A stretch of DNA of 64,000 nt from Isurus oxyrinchus (GCA_026770705.1 JANJGN010000018.1:26970001-27034000); one strand, 5' to 3'; positions 49,130-63,498 are shown, numbered from the stretch's first letter. Numbers and translations are program-made. The notes: a model not told the origin generated them from the sequence alone.

Positions 49130-52100
49130 TCAAGGTGCCTTCAACTTACTTCTGTGGGTGCTGTGTCTTGGTACCCCCTCCCAGCCCCTCGCTGACAGTG
49201 GTGTTGGAGGCTGATTCTGCTGTCCTGGTGGCCCTGATGACCTTGGTGGTCGTCCCCTAGCTGTCAGAGCCTGAGTAGGTTCTGTATTGGAGGGTGCATC
49301 CAGCCCCATAGCTGGACAGTCCTCAGTCGTTGCTGCATTGTCAGATGCAGTGGACACTGACAGAGGGGAAGAGGAGCTGGTGCCCTTATCCGGAGTACCC
49401 TGAGAGAAGCCCACAGAGAGCTACTTCAGAGAAAATGTAAGAGTCAACCACATTGCTGTGGGCCTGGGGTCACGTGTAGGCCAGGCCAGGACGACAGATT
49501 TCCTCTCCTAAAGGGTTTTTACAGCGATCAACAATGGTTCCATGGTCATCATTAGACTTTTACTTAGAGATTTTCTTTGAATTCAAATTCCACCATCCCC
49601 ATCTGGTGGGATTTGAACCCGGGTCCCCAGATCATTACCCTGGGTCTCTAGATTACTAGTCCAGCGACAATATCATGACGTTATCACGTCATGGGTTTGG
49701 AAGGTGCTTTTGAATAAATACTTGAGGAGCTTCAATGCAGGAATAGTAAACAGGCTATTTCACAGGGATGTAATTTTACCCATGGAGGGAGAAAGGCAGG
49801 GCGGGGGGTGGGGTGCACATGCGCAGTCCAGTGTTTGGAGTTCTTCACGCCGAGGACAAGTGTGCTCTGTACCCGCGTGAAGAAAGAAAAAAGAAAACGG
49901 CGCAAAAAAATCCCGTTGACAGGACCCAGGAGAGGGGCACCATAGCAGGAAGGCAGATTATTATCTGAATGGCTATAAATTGAGAGAGGGGAATGTGCAA
50001 CGAGACCTGGGTGTCCTTGTACACCAGTCGCTGAAGGTAAGCATGCAGGTGCAGCAGGAGGTAAAGAAGGCAAATGGTATGTTGGTCTTCATAGCCAGAG
50101 GATTCGAGTACAGGAACAGGAATGTCTTGCTGCAGTTATACAGGGCCTTGGTGAGACCACGCCTGGAATATTGTGTGCAGTTTTGGTCTTACCTGAGGAA
50201 GGATGTACTTGCTATAGAGGGAGTGCAGAGAAGGTTTACCAGACTGATTCCTGGGATGGTGGGACTGACGTATGAGGAGAGATTGAGTCGGTTAGGGTTA
50301 TATTCGCTGGAGTTCAGAAGAATGAGGGAGAATCTCATAGAAATCTATAAAATCTAACAGGACTAGACAGGGTAGATGCAGGAAGGATGTACCCAATGGT
50401 GGGGGAGTCCAGAACCAGAGGTCACAGTCTGAGGATATGGGGTAGACCATTTAGGACTGAGATGAGGAGAAAATTCTTCACCCAGAGAGTGGTGAGCCTG
50501 TGGAATTCGTTACCACAGAAAGTAGTTGAGGCCAAAACATTGCATGTTTTCAAGAAGGAGTTAGATATAGCTTTTGGGGTGAAAGGGATCAAAGGATATG
50601 GGGAGAAAGCGGGAGCAGGCTATTGAGTTGGATGATCAGCCATGATCATAATGAATGGCAGAGCAGGCTCGAAGGGCCGAATGGCCTACTCCTGCTCTTA
50701 GTTTCTATTTTTCTAAGCCAGGCAGCTCATCTGCCAGCTCATCTGCACCTCCCTGCTCGCCATTGATGGACAGGGACCTAGCAGGAAGACTAGGTGCCTC
50801 ATCCATCTCCCACACTGACACTGACCTCCTGAGGTCACTGCCTCTGTGAGGGCTTGCAGGCCCGAGTACAACCCAAGGAACCCCTGAGTCTGCTCCTGAA
50901 GCTGCCTCTCCATGAGAGTTGCCACTTTCTCAGTGGAGGAGGCTGTGAGCTTGGTGTTAAGGGGCAACGCAGAATTCATGCTGCAGATGGGCTCCTCATG
51001 ATGGAGACCATGACACACAGACCCTCATGGATCTCCGCCAGTTCTCCCTGTGCATCCCGCTGGACATCCAGCATCTGCCGCCTGATGGACGACTCCAGAG
51101 GCTCATCATCTTCCTCAGATGTAGCATGGTTCTGGTCTCCAGCTGTGCTCCCACTGTCGGCTCCCTGGGACCTCTCTGCCTCTCCCAACTCCTCAAGCGA
51201 GTGTGATGTGCCCTCACCGCTGTCCATTACCTGTAGAGCTGAAGACCTAATGCCCGCTGACGTGTGGTATCTACACTGGTGCCTGGTTCAGTGAGGAGGT
51301 GTGACGCTGGTACAGGTGTGCTGTTGTCCCTGGAGCACAATGGGGGGTGCTCAGAGTCGCTGGCATCTCCTGTGAATGGAACATCTGCGCGAGCAAGGCA
51401 AAAGATCTGTACATTCAATCACCAAAGTGACTGTGCACGCTAGGCATACTGAGGAGACAGTGGAGACCTGCTGCATGGTGCCATCTTATTAGAGCTTCAA
51501 CGGGCTCTCTGGCTACAACGGTTCAGTTTCTGATGAGAGGACCCTGTTCTGTTTCCAATACCCACAGGTCACACATCTGTCACCTGCATTCTTACCTTCA
51601 TCCGAGACTCCTGCCTCACCATGATTGGAGGAGCGAGCTGAACGGGGGCATTCCAGCTCAAGTGCATCACACTCATGTTTAGTGAGGAAGTACAGATTCG
51701 GTACTCCTCCATCTGTCCTGCAGGCGTGCTGACTGCTCTTCTCCTAACAGGGAAAAATAGCCTCATTATTGCTCCATCTCCCTTTTGTGGTGCCCACCGT
51801 GCCACCCCCACCTGGGCATTCGGTGGGCGGTGTCACTGTGACACATCTCACTCTGCAATGCACTGAAGCCGGTTGTTCTGGCATCCCAGCCTTGACAGGG
51901 CAGGTTTAAGTGCCAGTCGGCATACACACTCTTAGACCCCTGAACGTTCTGAGAAATGGGTACCCGACTAAAGTTCTCTGCACAGGTCCTTGCCATTTCT
52001 GCACTTACCCTTGCTGACTGCAGCAGATTATTGAACCATTGTGCCACTGAAGCCACGTGCGGCACACCATGTCATGCCTACTATCCTGGGCAGCGACCTT

Positions 52101-52190
52101 CTTGGTTAGGTGGGGTGGCCTTCTCTTGCTGTCCCTGGGCATCAAGCTATGCCGCCTGGCACTGACCACTTTGACCAGCACTCCCAGGCA
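49130..52190 (-). pseudogene. Harbinger second gene (Myb/SANT-like DNA-binding protein), spliced and decayed
   Basis: ..RRPPHLTKK..QWFNNLLQSAR|gtaag trihelix-like segment, later exon-like blocks with acidic and coiled-coil sequence; orientation convergent to the transposase as in Harbingers. Confidence 0.6.
49945..50712 (+). mobile_element. CR1 LINE 3' fragment nested in the Harbinger
   Basis: ORFs 49980-50357 and 50387-50626 plus CR1 tail. Confidence 0.92.
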
Positions 52191-52634
52191 CTCGTGAGAA
52201 ATTGGGGGTGGGGGGGGGGGTGCAGAATGTCCACCTAACTTGCACCCCTCCCCCTGCCCAACTTGCACCACCTCCCCCCTCCCCCCTGCCTTCCATGACC
52301 TCCAGGTGCTGAGGCCATGACTGCTCACCAGGACATTTGTTGGATTTCTTCCAGAGAGCTCCCTCAGGGTCCCCCACAACTCCTGGCAGCCATCAGGGAG
52401 CTGCCTCTTCCGTTTTTGAACATCCCGCTGGGTCCCCATTGGACCCGGCAACCGATGCTTCCCCATCCCCATACACAGAGGAACCAACTGGAGGTTGCGT
52501 TTCACACTGGATGGGCCTTAATTGGCCACCCAGAGTAATATCGCATTTGTAGCGCAAGCTCGGCTGGGAGTGGGTTTTATGTCCGCTTCTGGCCGCACCC
52601 ACTTCAGGTGCACCTGAGGGTAAAATTCAGGCCA

Positions 52635-53245
52635 TAGAATCATTACAGCACAGAAGTTGGCCATTTGGCCCATCATGATGCTGGCTCTCCTAAGGAACTG
52701 CCCGTCCCCTGGCCTCTCCCTCACATCTCTCTATGTTCCTCCTTTTCAGATATTTTGAAAATGTAGAAACACTTATGGCACGGAAGGAGGCCACTCTGCC
52801 CATCATTTCTGCACCGGCCGAGAAACCAGCCACCCAGCCTAATCCCACTTTCCAGCATTTGGTCTGTAGTCCTGCAGGTTACAGCACTTGAGGTGCAGAT
52901 CAGACACCTCTTAAATGAGTTGAGGGTTTCTACCTCCACTATCCTTCCGGGCAGTGAGTTCCAGACTCTGCAGACTCCCCACAACCCTCTTGGTGAAAAA
53001 ATCTTTCCTTATCTCTCCTCTACTGATCACTTCACCTCTATGCCCCCTGGTCATTGACCTCTCCCTGCTGTAGTAAATAGGCTCTTCCCATCCACTGTAT
53101 CCAGGCCCTTCACAATTTTATATATCTCAATCAAATATCCCCTCAGCCTCCTCTGTTCCAAGGAGAACAATCCCAGCCTATCCCATCTTTCCTCATAGCT
53201 GCAATTTTCCAGCCCTGGCAACGTCTTTGTAAATTTCCTCTGTAC
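52635..53245 (-). mobile_element. CR1 3' fragments
   Basis: VWNSLPGRIVEVETLNSFKR and tail motifs. Confidence 0.75.
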
Positions 53246-54209
53246 TGATCTATAATATTAAACAATGGAGTTTGAAGTACTGGAAGCCTATCTGATGATA
53301 TCTCCATTGCACTTCACTTTTATGACCATATTTTCATATTAACCCTGACTTTCTAACTGAAGGCATTATCTGAAAATTCCTTAAAGTTGATCTTGCAGCA
53401 GCTGGCAGTTATACTGCAGTACGTGTGAAGCCCAGGGGGCGTAGCAGATCTCCCTCCTTGGAATGATGGGGCACTTTTTCTTGTACCTGGGCCATTTACC
53501 TTGTGTGGTGAAACAGGCCTGAATCCCTTTTACCTCAAAGCCCCAAAAGGACAATCAGAGAGACTGCACTGGTGACCCCGAACCCCTGTAGGCAGGAGCA
53601 CAGCTCAGACAATCAGGGTAAAGATGCTACAGATCCATCTGTCACTCACGCTGCTACCTGTTGAGCTGGGTCTTAGGCACGGTCTCCATGGATGCGATGG
53701 TCATACTGGATATTTTCTGGAATGGGCTTGATGGGCCAAATGGCCGCCTTCTGTAACTGTTTAATGATATGGCAAGGCCAAGAGTGCGGTATCACTGAAC
53801 TGATACAGCAGAGGACAGAAATTGGCACGATCCTTCACTCCTGTGGACAATTCCTGGTCACACTTTTCTGTTTGCTATTGTAAATTGCTATGTCAACGTT
53901 TTCCATTCAGTTTTTCCATGTCAATGGTCACAATGCTCTGTCCACTGGGGGCACTGTGGAGCACGTTTCTGCCATGGCCCACCTGCGCCTCCACTTTGCG
54001 TTTCTCTGGGGCTGTTGTCAGCAGGTGGTGGTGGGGCCGGGGTGGGGGGTGGGGGTGGGGGGGGGGGGGGGGGTGGGGCGGGGGTTTCTCCTGCTTGTCA
54101 GCCATAAGAAGCTAACCAGAAGCAAGTACAAACGTTTAGGTCAAGGGTAAGTGAAGTGTTTTGAGAATAGTAACCAAACTTCTCCGGCTTTCCCATGTTT
54201 TCTTTCCAG

Positions 54210-54673
54210 GATCTCACGACTCCTTCAGCTTCTGGATGGACGAAAAATCTCCCGTTGGCCCAGACCAACCCGTTGTCGTAAGGCACCTGGCCGGAATTTT
54301 CCAATCTTTCTGGAAGAAGATGATGAAGAAATGGTCAGTGACACAAAGCTTGACTTTTCGGGAGCAGCTGGAGGCAGGCATTCGCTATTTTGATCTCCGA
54401 GTTTCCACCAAACCCGGAGAAGATGACGAGCTTTATTTCATCCATGGCTTGTTTGGCAGCAAAGTTTATGACGGTCTGATAGAAATTAACAATTTCTTGA
54501 AAGCTCATACCAAAGAGGTGATCTTTCTGGATTTCAATCATTACTATGAAATGCAAGACTCAAACCATGAATACCTTATCCAAATGCTTAAAAAGACCTT
54601 TGGATCAAAACTCTGCAGAGCCAATATAGTTGAGGAAATCACACTCCAGTATTTATGGGAACACAAATACCAG
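54210..54673 (+). CDS. PLCXD2: PI-PLC X domain-containing protein 2-like, exon 2
   Basis: tttccag|GA TCT CAC GAC...TAC CAG|gttagt, 464 nt; GSHDS, EQLEAGIRYFDLRVS, YFIHGLFG catalytic His motifs; DEKSPVGPDQ and KKWSVTQ favour PLCXD2 over PLCXD3. Confidence 0.96.
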
Positions 54674-56254
54674 GTTAGTGCCTCCAGGTTCCATTCCGAA
54701 CCAATATCATATCAAAGCTACAGAGATTGCTGTAGGTTATGTAGCAACATACCAGTGCAGCAAGGTAAAAACACACAGTAATGCAACATAGTGACAGGCT
54801 ACAGTCTAATGTCGTCTCATGGATGCTTTAGAAGGTGTTTCTCCAAAGTTGCCTGTGAACAATGTATTTGTGTGTGAGTGTATATTTTCTTACCCGTGGA
54901 GTGAGAAATTCGATTTAAAATAACCCGCCAGCAAAGGCTTTTCACCGAAAAGGGAAAGGTTAGTTTATTTCTACACCCTGACTTTGGAGGTTTTTTAATA
55001 TTCCTTCATGGGATGTGGGCATCACTGGCTGGGCCAGCATTTTCATTGCCCATCCCTAATTGCCCCCGAGAAGATCGGTGGTGAGCTGCCTTCTTGAACC
55101 GCTGCAGTCCATGTGGTGTAGATACACCCACAGTGCTGTTAGGGAGGGAGTTCCAGGATTTTGACCCAGTGACAGTGAAGGAACGGTGATATATTTCTGA
55201 GTCAGGGTTGTGAGTGACTTGGAGGGGAACTTCCAGGTGGTGGTGTTCTCATGTGTCTGCTGTCCTTATCCTTCTAGGGGGTAGTGGTCGCACATTTAGA
55301 ATGTGCTGTCGAAGGATCCTTGATGAGGTGTTTAAGGGAAAAAATGATACCACTCATACAACCCGCATGCACAAAGATGAATTGCAGAGGAAGATAAAAA
55401 CAATACTTATAAAAATGTAATCAATTCAGTCTGTTGAGTTCAGTGCAAGCCTGATATTTTTGAAGTCGAGATGTGAATCTCAGTCGATGGAATCAGGTTG
55501 AGAAGGAGGAGAGTTGGTTTCTTATTTCTGTTCTGCACATGTAGCATTTCAGCTGCCTAGTTACTTTACTTTACAGTAGACCAGTAGCTGTGTTTCTGGA
55601 TGTCCCCCTTTGTCTCTCCTTCTTGCAAGCAGTTTTCCTTTCTGCTGCACCTAGGCTATTTCAAGATGGTTCTAGATGGATCTGTCTTGCATCAGGCTTG
55701 CCCAGCCTTTTCTAGCCAAGCTGGTCGCTGCTTCAAAATGCTGAATCATGTTCCAAATACAGTAAGCGGTAATCCCGTTTTGCAAGCTGAAATCTCCTTA
55801 CCGCCTGCATTAATCAAAAGGACAAAGGTTTTCTCACACTTTAAAGTTCTTATTAGTTAATGCCTTTGAAGGAAAGCCATCAAGTTAACGAGTATCCATT
55901 TACTCGTTTGGAACACACACTGGATTTCAAATGTCCTTTATTTATAAATGCCTGAGGATGTCTCTTCCTTGTTTGGCTGAAGTGGTTCCAGCCCAAATCT
56001 ACAAGGAGAAAGTGACCTGTTAACGTAACCTCGGAGTCCATTTTGGAAGCAGTCTTTAAACTCAGTCCAAGTTTCAAAAATGCAACCTTTACCAATTTTT
56101 AGAAAACATTTGCATGACTGCACATCGTTACAGTAGAAGTGACAAATTAATATAATAATCCACCAACATCGTAACATGATAGTAATGTGATGTAGTGGTG
56201 ATCGTGTAAATCATGATGATCATCACAATAGTGTTGTAACACAATAGTGTAGGC

Positions 56255-58545
56255 GGGGGTACAGTAATGTGGTAACTGGACTAATAGTGCACAGGCCTAG
56301 AATAATGATTCAGAGACAGGGGTTCAAATCCCATTACAGCAGCTGGGGAATTTAAATTCAGTCAATAATAAGTCTGGAATTGAAAGCTTGTCTCAGTAAC
56401 AACTACCACTAAACTATCATCGATTGTTGTAAAAACCCACCTGGTTCACTAATGCCCTTTAGGGAAGGAAATCTGCTGTCCTTACCTGGTCTGGCCTACA
56501 TGTGACACCAGATCCACAGCAATGTGATTGATTTTTAACTGCCCTCTGAAAGGGTCTAGCAAGCCACTCAGTTTTACCAAACCGCGACAGAAAAATCAAT
56601 TAAGAATAATACCGGACTGACCACCCGGCATTGACCTAGGCACCTGAAATGGTAAAGGCAATCTCAGCGCTGTCAACCCTGCAAAGCCCTCCTTACTAAC
56701 ATCTAGGGCCTTGTGCCAAAATTGGGAGAGCTGTCTCACAGACTAGTCAAGCAATAGCCTGACATAGACATGCTTACTGAATCATACCTTACAGATAATG
56801 TCCTAGACTCCACCATCACCATCACTGGGTATATCCTGTCCCACTGGCAGGACAGGCCCAGCAAAGGTGGTGGCATAGTGGTATACAGTCGGGAGGGAGT
56901 TGCCCTGGGAGTCCTCAACATAGAGTCTAGGCCCCATGAAGTCTCATGGCATCAGGTCAAACATGGGCAAGGGAACCTCCTGCTCATTACCACGTACTGC
57001 CCGCCTTCAGCTGATGAATCAGTGCTCCCCCATGTTGAACACCACTTGGAGGAAGCACTGAGAGTGGCAAGGATGCAGATTGTACTCTGGGTGGGGTGAC
57101 TTCAGTGTCCATCATCAGGAGTGGCTGGCCGTGTCTTAAAGGACATAGCTGCTAGACTGGGTCTGTAGCAGGTGGTGAGGGAACCAACAAGAGGAAAAAA
57201 ACATATTTGACCTCATCCTCAACAACCTGCCTGTTGCAGATGCATCTGTCCACAACAGTATTGGTAGGAGTGACCACCACATAGTCCTTGCGGAGACAAA
57301 GTCCCGCCTTCACATTGAGGATACCCTCCATCATGTTGTGTGGCACTACCACTGTGCTAAGTCAGATAGATTTTGAACAGATCTAGCAACGCAAGACTGG
57401 GCATTCATGAGGCGCTGTGGGCCATCGGCAGCAGCAGAATTGTACCCAACCACAATCTGTAACCTCATGGCCCAGCATATCACCCACTCTACCATTACCA
57501 TCAAACCAGGGGATCAACCCTGGTTCAATGAAGAGTGCAGGGGGGCATGCCAGGAGCAGCACCAGTCATACCTGAAATGAGGTGTCAACCTGGTTTGGTA
57601 CAACACAGGACAAACAACAAGGGCAGCAAGCGATAGACAGAGCTAAGCGATCCCATCAGAAGTGGGGATGTTCATTGATGATTGCACAATGTTCAGCACC
57701 ATTCATGACTCCTCAGATACTGAAGCAGTCCATGTCCAAATGCAGCAGGTCTGGACAATATCCAGACTTGGGCTGACAAGTGGCAAGTAATATTCATGCC
57801 ACACAAGCACCAGGCAACGACCATCTCCTAAAAGGGAGAATCCAGTCATCTCCCCATGACATTCAATGGCAATGCCATCACTGAATGCCCCCACTATCAA
57901 CATCCCGGGGTTACCATTGATCAGAAACTGAACTGGACTAGCCATATAAATACTGTTGCTACAAGAGCAGGTCAGAGTTTGGGAATTCTGTGGAGAGTAA
58001 CTCACCTCCTGACTCCGCAGAGCCTGTCCACCATCTACAAGGCACAAGTTGGGAGTGTGATGGAATACTCTGTTTGCCTGGATGAGTCAGCTCCAACAAC
58101 ACTCAAGAAGCTCGACACCATCCAGGACAAAGCAGCCTGTTTGACTGGCACCACATCCACCACCTTTACCACCCACTCACTCTGTCACCGATGCACAGTG
58201 GCAGCAGTGTGTGCTATCTACAAGATACACTGCAGAAATTCACCAAGGTTCCTTAGGCAGTACCTTCCAAACCCATGACCCAACCATCTAGAATGACAAG
58301 GGCAACAGACACATGGGAACACCACCACTTGCAAGTTCCCCTCCAAGCTACTCACCATCCTGACTTGGAAATATATCACCATTCCTTCACTGTCGCTGGG
58401 TCAAAATCCTGGAACTCCCTATCTACACCACATGCACTGCAGCAGTTCAAGAAGGCAGCTCACCACCACCTTCTCAAGGGCAAATAGGGATGGGCAATAA
58501 ATGCTGGGCTAGCCACGGATGCCCACATCACATGAAAGAATAGAC
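56255..58545 (+). mobile_element. Non-LTR retrotransposon with tRNA-SINE-like head, AP-endonuclease region, internal RT deletion and 3' tail
   Basis: SINE head 56255-56570; QPDI..LTESYL, DRPSKGGGIVVY, LLITTYCPPS, GDF, SDH motifs; jump at about 57655 to FxDDC and the C-terminus. Confidence 0.82.
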
Positions 58546-58559
58546 AAAAGCTACTAAAC

Positions 58560-59620
58560 AAAATGGATGGAGGATTGGTTAGCAGAGAGTAGGGATAAAT
58601 GGGTCATTTTCTAGTTGGCAAAATGTAACTAGAGGAGTGTCACAGGGATCAGTGCTGGGGTCACAACTATTTACAATCTATATCAATGACTTGGATGAAG
58701 GGACTGAATGTAAGGTAGCTAAATTTGCTGATGACACCAAGATAGGTAGGAAAGTAAATTGTGAAGAGGAGGTAAAGAGTCTACAAAGAGATATAGACAG
58801 GTTAGGTGCGTGGACAAAAATTGGGCAGTGAAGTATCATGTGGGAAAGTGTGAACTCGGCCACTTTGGCAGGAAGATTAAAAAAGCAGCATGTTATTTTT
58901 ATTCTTTCATGGATGTGGGCGTTGCTGGCAAGGCCAGTATTTGTTGCCCATAGTTAGTGTGCAGGTACAGCTAGTGATTAGGAAGGCAAATGGAGATTGT
59001 CATTTATTGCAAGGAGAATGGAATATAAAAGTAGGAAAGTTTTACTGCAGCTGTACAGGGCCTTGATGAGACCACATCCGCAGTATTGTGTACAGTTCTG
59101 GTTTCCTTATTTGAAAAAGGTTATGTTAGAAGCAATTCAGAGAACATTCACTCAGTTCATTCCTGGGATGAGGTGCTTATCCTACGAAGAAAGGTTGAAC
59201 AGATTGGGCCTGAATGCATTGGAGTTTAGAAAAATGAGAGGTGATCTTATTGAAATATATAAGATCCTGAGGGGATTTGATAGGCTGGATACCCAGGGGA
59301 TATTTCCACTTGTGGGGGAGACTAGAACCAAGGGACACAGTTTAAAAATAAGAGGTCTCCCTTTTAAGATGGAGATGAGGAGAATTTTTTTCTCTGAGGG
59401 TCGTTACTCTGTGGAATTCTCTTCCCCAGAGAGCAGTGGAGGCTGGGTCATTGTACATATTCAAAGCTGTGTTAGATAGATTTTTCATTGACAAGGGAGT
59501 CAAGGGTTATGGGGGACAGACAGGAAAGTGGAGTTGATCAGCCATGATCTTATTGAATGGTGGAGCAGGCTTGAGGGGCCAAATGGCCTGCTCCTGCTTC
59601 TAAGTCCTATGTTCCTATGT
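58560..59620 (+). mobile_element. CR1 RT/3' fragments
   Basis: QGSVLGSQLFTIYINDLD..KFADDTK; LYRALMRPH..YCVQFW. Confidence 0.88.
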
Positions 59621-59771
59621 TAACCAGAGGGCACAGATTTAAGGTGATTGGCAAAAGAACCAGAGGTGATATGAGGAATTTTCTTTTTACACAAGTTGTT
59701 GTGATCTAGAATGTTCTAACAAATAGATACGTTGGGCTGAATGGTCTCCTTCAGTATTGCAAGTTTCTGTA

Positions 59772-60608
59772 AGGTCAGAAGTGGGGATGTTCACAGTTCA
59801 GCACCATTCACGCCTCCTCAGATACAGAAGCAGTCCATGCCCAAATGCAGCAAGACCTGGACGACATTCAGGCTTGGGCTAATAAGTAACATTAGCACCA
59901 CTCGCAAGTGCCAGGCAATGATCATCTCCAGCAAGAGAGAATCTAACCATCGCTCCTTGACATTCACCATCACTGAATCCCCCACTATCAATATCTTGGG
60001 GGTTACCATTGACCAGAAACTGAACTGGACCAACCATATAAATACTGTGGCCACAAGAGCAGGTAAGAGGCTGGGAATCCTGAAATCAGTAAATCACTTC
60101 CTGTCTGCCCAAAGCCTGCCCACCATCTACAAGCGCAAGTCAGGATTGTAGTAGAATACCCTCCACTTGTCTGGATGAGTGCAGCTCCCACAACACTCAA
60201 GAAGCTTGACCCCATCCAGGATAAAGCAGCCTGCTTGACTGACACCACATCCACCACATTAAACATTCACTCCCTCCACAGTGTCAGCATAGTGATGCAC
60301 AGTAGCAGCAGTGTGGACCATCTACAAGATGCACTGCAGGAACTCACCAAGGCTCCTTTGGCAGCACTGAAGTTCCCCTCCAAGTCATTCACCATCCTGA
60401 CTTGGAAACATATCACCGTCGTTCCTTCACTGTCTCTGGGTCGAAATCCTGGAACTCCCTCCCTAACAGCACTGTGGGTGTACCTACACCACAGGGACTG
60501 CAGCAGTTCAAGAAGGCAGCTCACCAGCACCTTCTCAAGGGCAATTAGGAATGGGCAATAAATGCTGGCCCAGCCAGTGACACCCACATCCCGTGAATGA
60601 ATAAAAAG
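59772..60608 (+). mobile_element. LINE 3' fragment (family of 20715-21845)
   Basis: KLNWTNHINTVATRAGKRLGIL and family tail. Confidence 0.85.
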
Positions 60609-62589
60609 AATGTTGAGTCTAGAGGTAACAAAGGCATAAATGAGGGTTTTGGCATCAGATGGGCTGAGGGAGCAGTGGAGATGGGCGATATTACAGAGGC
60701 GGTAGTCAGTCACCTTGGTGACAGTGTGGTGGATATGTGTTTGGATGCTCAGCTTAGGCTCAAAAATGACATGATTGTAAACCAGTGCAAATTTCCTGGC
60801 ACTGTGGAGTCGGGTTTGGAGGAGGTGGGGGGTTGCTGAGGCAGGACAATTGGGGGGATTCTCCGTTGGAATAGCACTCACTGACAAGTTTCCCCTTCTG
60901 GGTTTATTTCCCAGAGGTGGGAACAATATCCATTGCCCAGGCAGGCAGTCAATTAAGGCTCCACTTTGAGATAATTTTTTGAAGGCCTCGACTGTTTCCT
61001 GCCATTGGAGCAGTGTGCCCACCCAAACCCCCTGCCAGCTCCTTGAAGGTAGGATCTTACCAGGAGGCTAGTGGGCCACTGCAGGCTGCAGTAAGTGGCA
61101 GCATCAGGGCTCAGGGGCCTAGGCCTGGCTGCAAGCTCTCTTCCAGAGGGGTTATCCGTCCATTGTGTGTCTCCCCACGGTATTGAGCCTTCTTTGTTTC
61201 AGCTGAAGATGAGGCCCTCAAGAGCGCCTCTATTTTAGGGAGACCCCATAGGTCTCCCTCTTCTCCAGTAGTGCCCACCTCTCCTGGAGGGGCTGCCATT
61301 GAGACACTGCTAGGGGCGGGGTCCTCCTATTGGTCTTCCGGCTTCCCTGCTCAGTGCCATCGTTTCATCGCCTTTGGAAAGAGCTTGTGTTTATACATCG
61401 TGCTCTATGTTTGTTGGGCGCCCTTCTTGGCCACTCGCCACCCCCCACTCCATTATTTGATGTTGTTAACAGCTCTCTCTCCTCTCAGTGCCATTATCAC
61501 CCCCTCCTTGAAAAAACTCACCTTTGACTCCTCTGTCTTTGCAGCCAACTGCCCCATTCCCAACCTTCAGAGTCCTTCAGCACATTGTCTCAACCCAACC
61601 CTGCGGCCATGTATCTTGTGACTCTGTTTGAACCACTTTTCCAGTCAAGGCTTCTGCCCCCGCCATTGATTTTTGTTAGGCAAAGGTCTTGCGGGATATG
61701 GAGTAAAGGCAGGTTGATGGAGTTGAGAGGCAGATGATCTAATTGAAAGACAGAGTAGGTTTGATGGATATTTGGCCTCCTCCTGTTCCTAATGCGCCTG
61801 TGCCCTGCACACAAACAACATTCCAAATCTCAACTAACACCCCCCGCAAAACCGTTTAACTGGTTAAAAATTCATTCGGGTTTGTAGGAGCTGAGCTGCC
61901 ATTACTGTCTATGTAAAAACAGTGAACCAACTTCAAAAGCAAGCTACTGATTGGCTATGAAGTGTTTTAGGGTAACCTGCAAACATACAGCACCCTGTAT
62001 AAATGCCAGCTCTTTCCAATAGAAATGAAATAATGCAGTCCATGAAATCTCTCGCTCGCACGATATATACCTGTTTAAAATGGACATTAGCAAGAGGTCT
62101 CTTTTAAACACTGCTTTCATTGCTCTGACTGCTGTAGGACTACAGGCCGTTTGGTTTCCTAGATTAGAGAGTGACTGCCTTCAAAAATACTTCATTAGTT
62201 GTTATCGAGCCATTACAGCACGGATGGAGGTCATTCAGCCCATCAAGTCCCATGCTAGCTTTTCATAGAGCAGTCCAGTCAGTCTCAATCCCTCGGGTTG
62301 TAAGGCAGTTTGGGACATCCTGAAGTCATGAGAGGTGCTATGTAAATGCAAAGTCTTTCTTTTAGTGAATAACAACAAAAAACACTGCTATTACATAGCA
62401 CCTTAAATGTTGTAAAAACCACACACATTGCATAACAGTAACATTATTAAACAGAATTTGACACCACGCTACATAAAGAACCAATACAGGTAACCAAACT
62501 GAGGTAGGTTTTGAGGAGCATCTTCAAGGAGGAGAGAGGGGTGGAGAGGTTTGGGGAGGGAATTCCAGAGCTCACAATTGTTATTATGT

Positions 62590-63437
62590 GACAGGTGGTA
62601 TTTGTCAGGCTGACCAAATCTATAAGGGAAACTTGACCACTCTATCACAACGGTTTTGCAATTTGTATTTATTACAAGAAGACTTGTGCACTGAATTCAA
62701 AAGTACTGAGTCCACTAACACCTTTGGAGATTTTAAAAGCTAAATTAAAACATTTATTAACAAAAAAAAACAAGATTACAATTACACAGTTACTTAATAT
62801 TATAACAATTCCCAAAATTCCTAATTAACCAGACTCCCAACTACACATCCCCTTTAAGGCAACAGTCAAAAATAGAGTTTAAATTTATAGAGACAGTCCA
62901 GCAAGGTTACCACAAGCACCCAATCGACAGTGGAATTCCAAAGGCTTTTAACAAAAATTTGGTTACTGAAACAGCAGACTTCTGCAAAGTGGCTAGCGGC
63001 TTATCCCCAAGTCTGTTTCACACGGTGTACCTTTCAGATATTACATGGCCACCCACACACAGCCTTCCATCCTTCTTTAAATATATTTCTTCCTCTTTAA
63101 TCTGTAAACTCCATTATTCCCATATGTCTTTGGAATTTACTTTTCCCAAAATATAAAAATTGTTTATGTTGTCATTATGGCCAACAGTTTTGGGGAAAAA
63201 AATCAATGTAATAACCTGCCTAATTTATCATGTTAATCATAAACAACCTACCACGTCTCTTTGAAAATCAAACACCTCTCCATTTATCTTAAAATGCAAA
63301 TTTCATTCACACTCTAACTGCTGACTTTACCCTAGTTCACTCATCAGCATTTCACATGCTCTTTTACACCTAACTCTTTTGATAATTTCAACCTTGCAGT
63401 CTACCTGTCTCTAAATCAGCTACATAGACAGAACCAT

Positions 63438-63498
<61 letters not shown>

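Larger units (their letters stand above)
47140..52634. mobile_element. Decayed autonomous-type PIF/Harbinger DNA transposon with nested SINE, MITE fragment and CR1
   Basis: TIRs TGGCCAGAACTTTAC (47140) and GTAAAATTCAGGCCA (ending 52634); convergent transposase and Myb/SANT-like genes. Confidence 0.82.
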
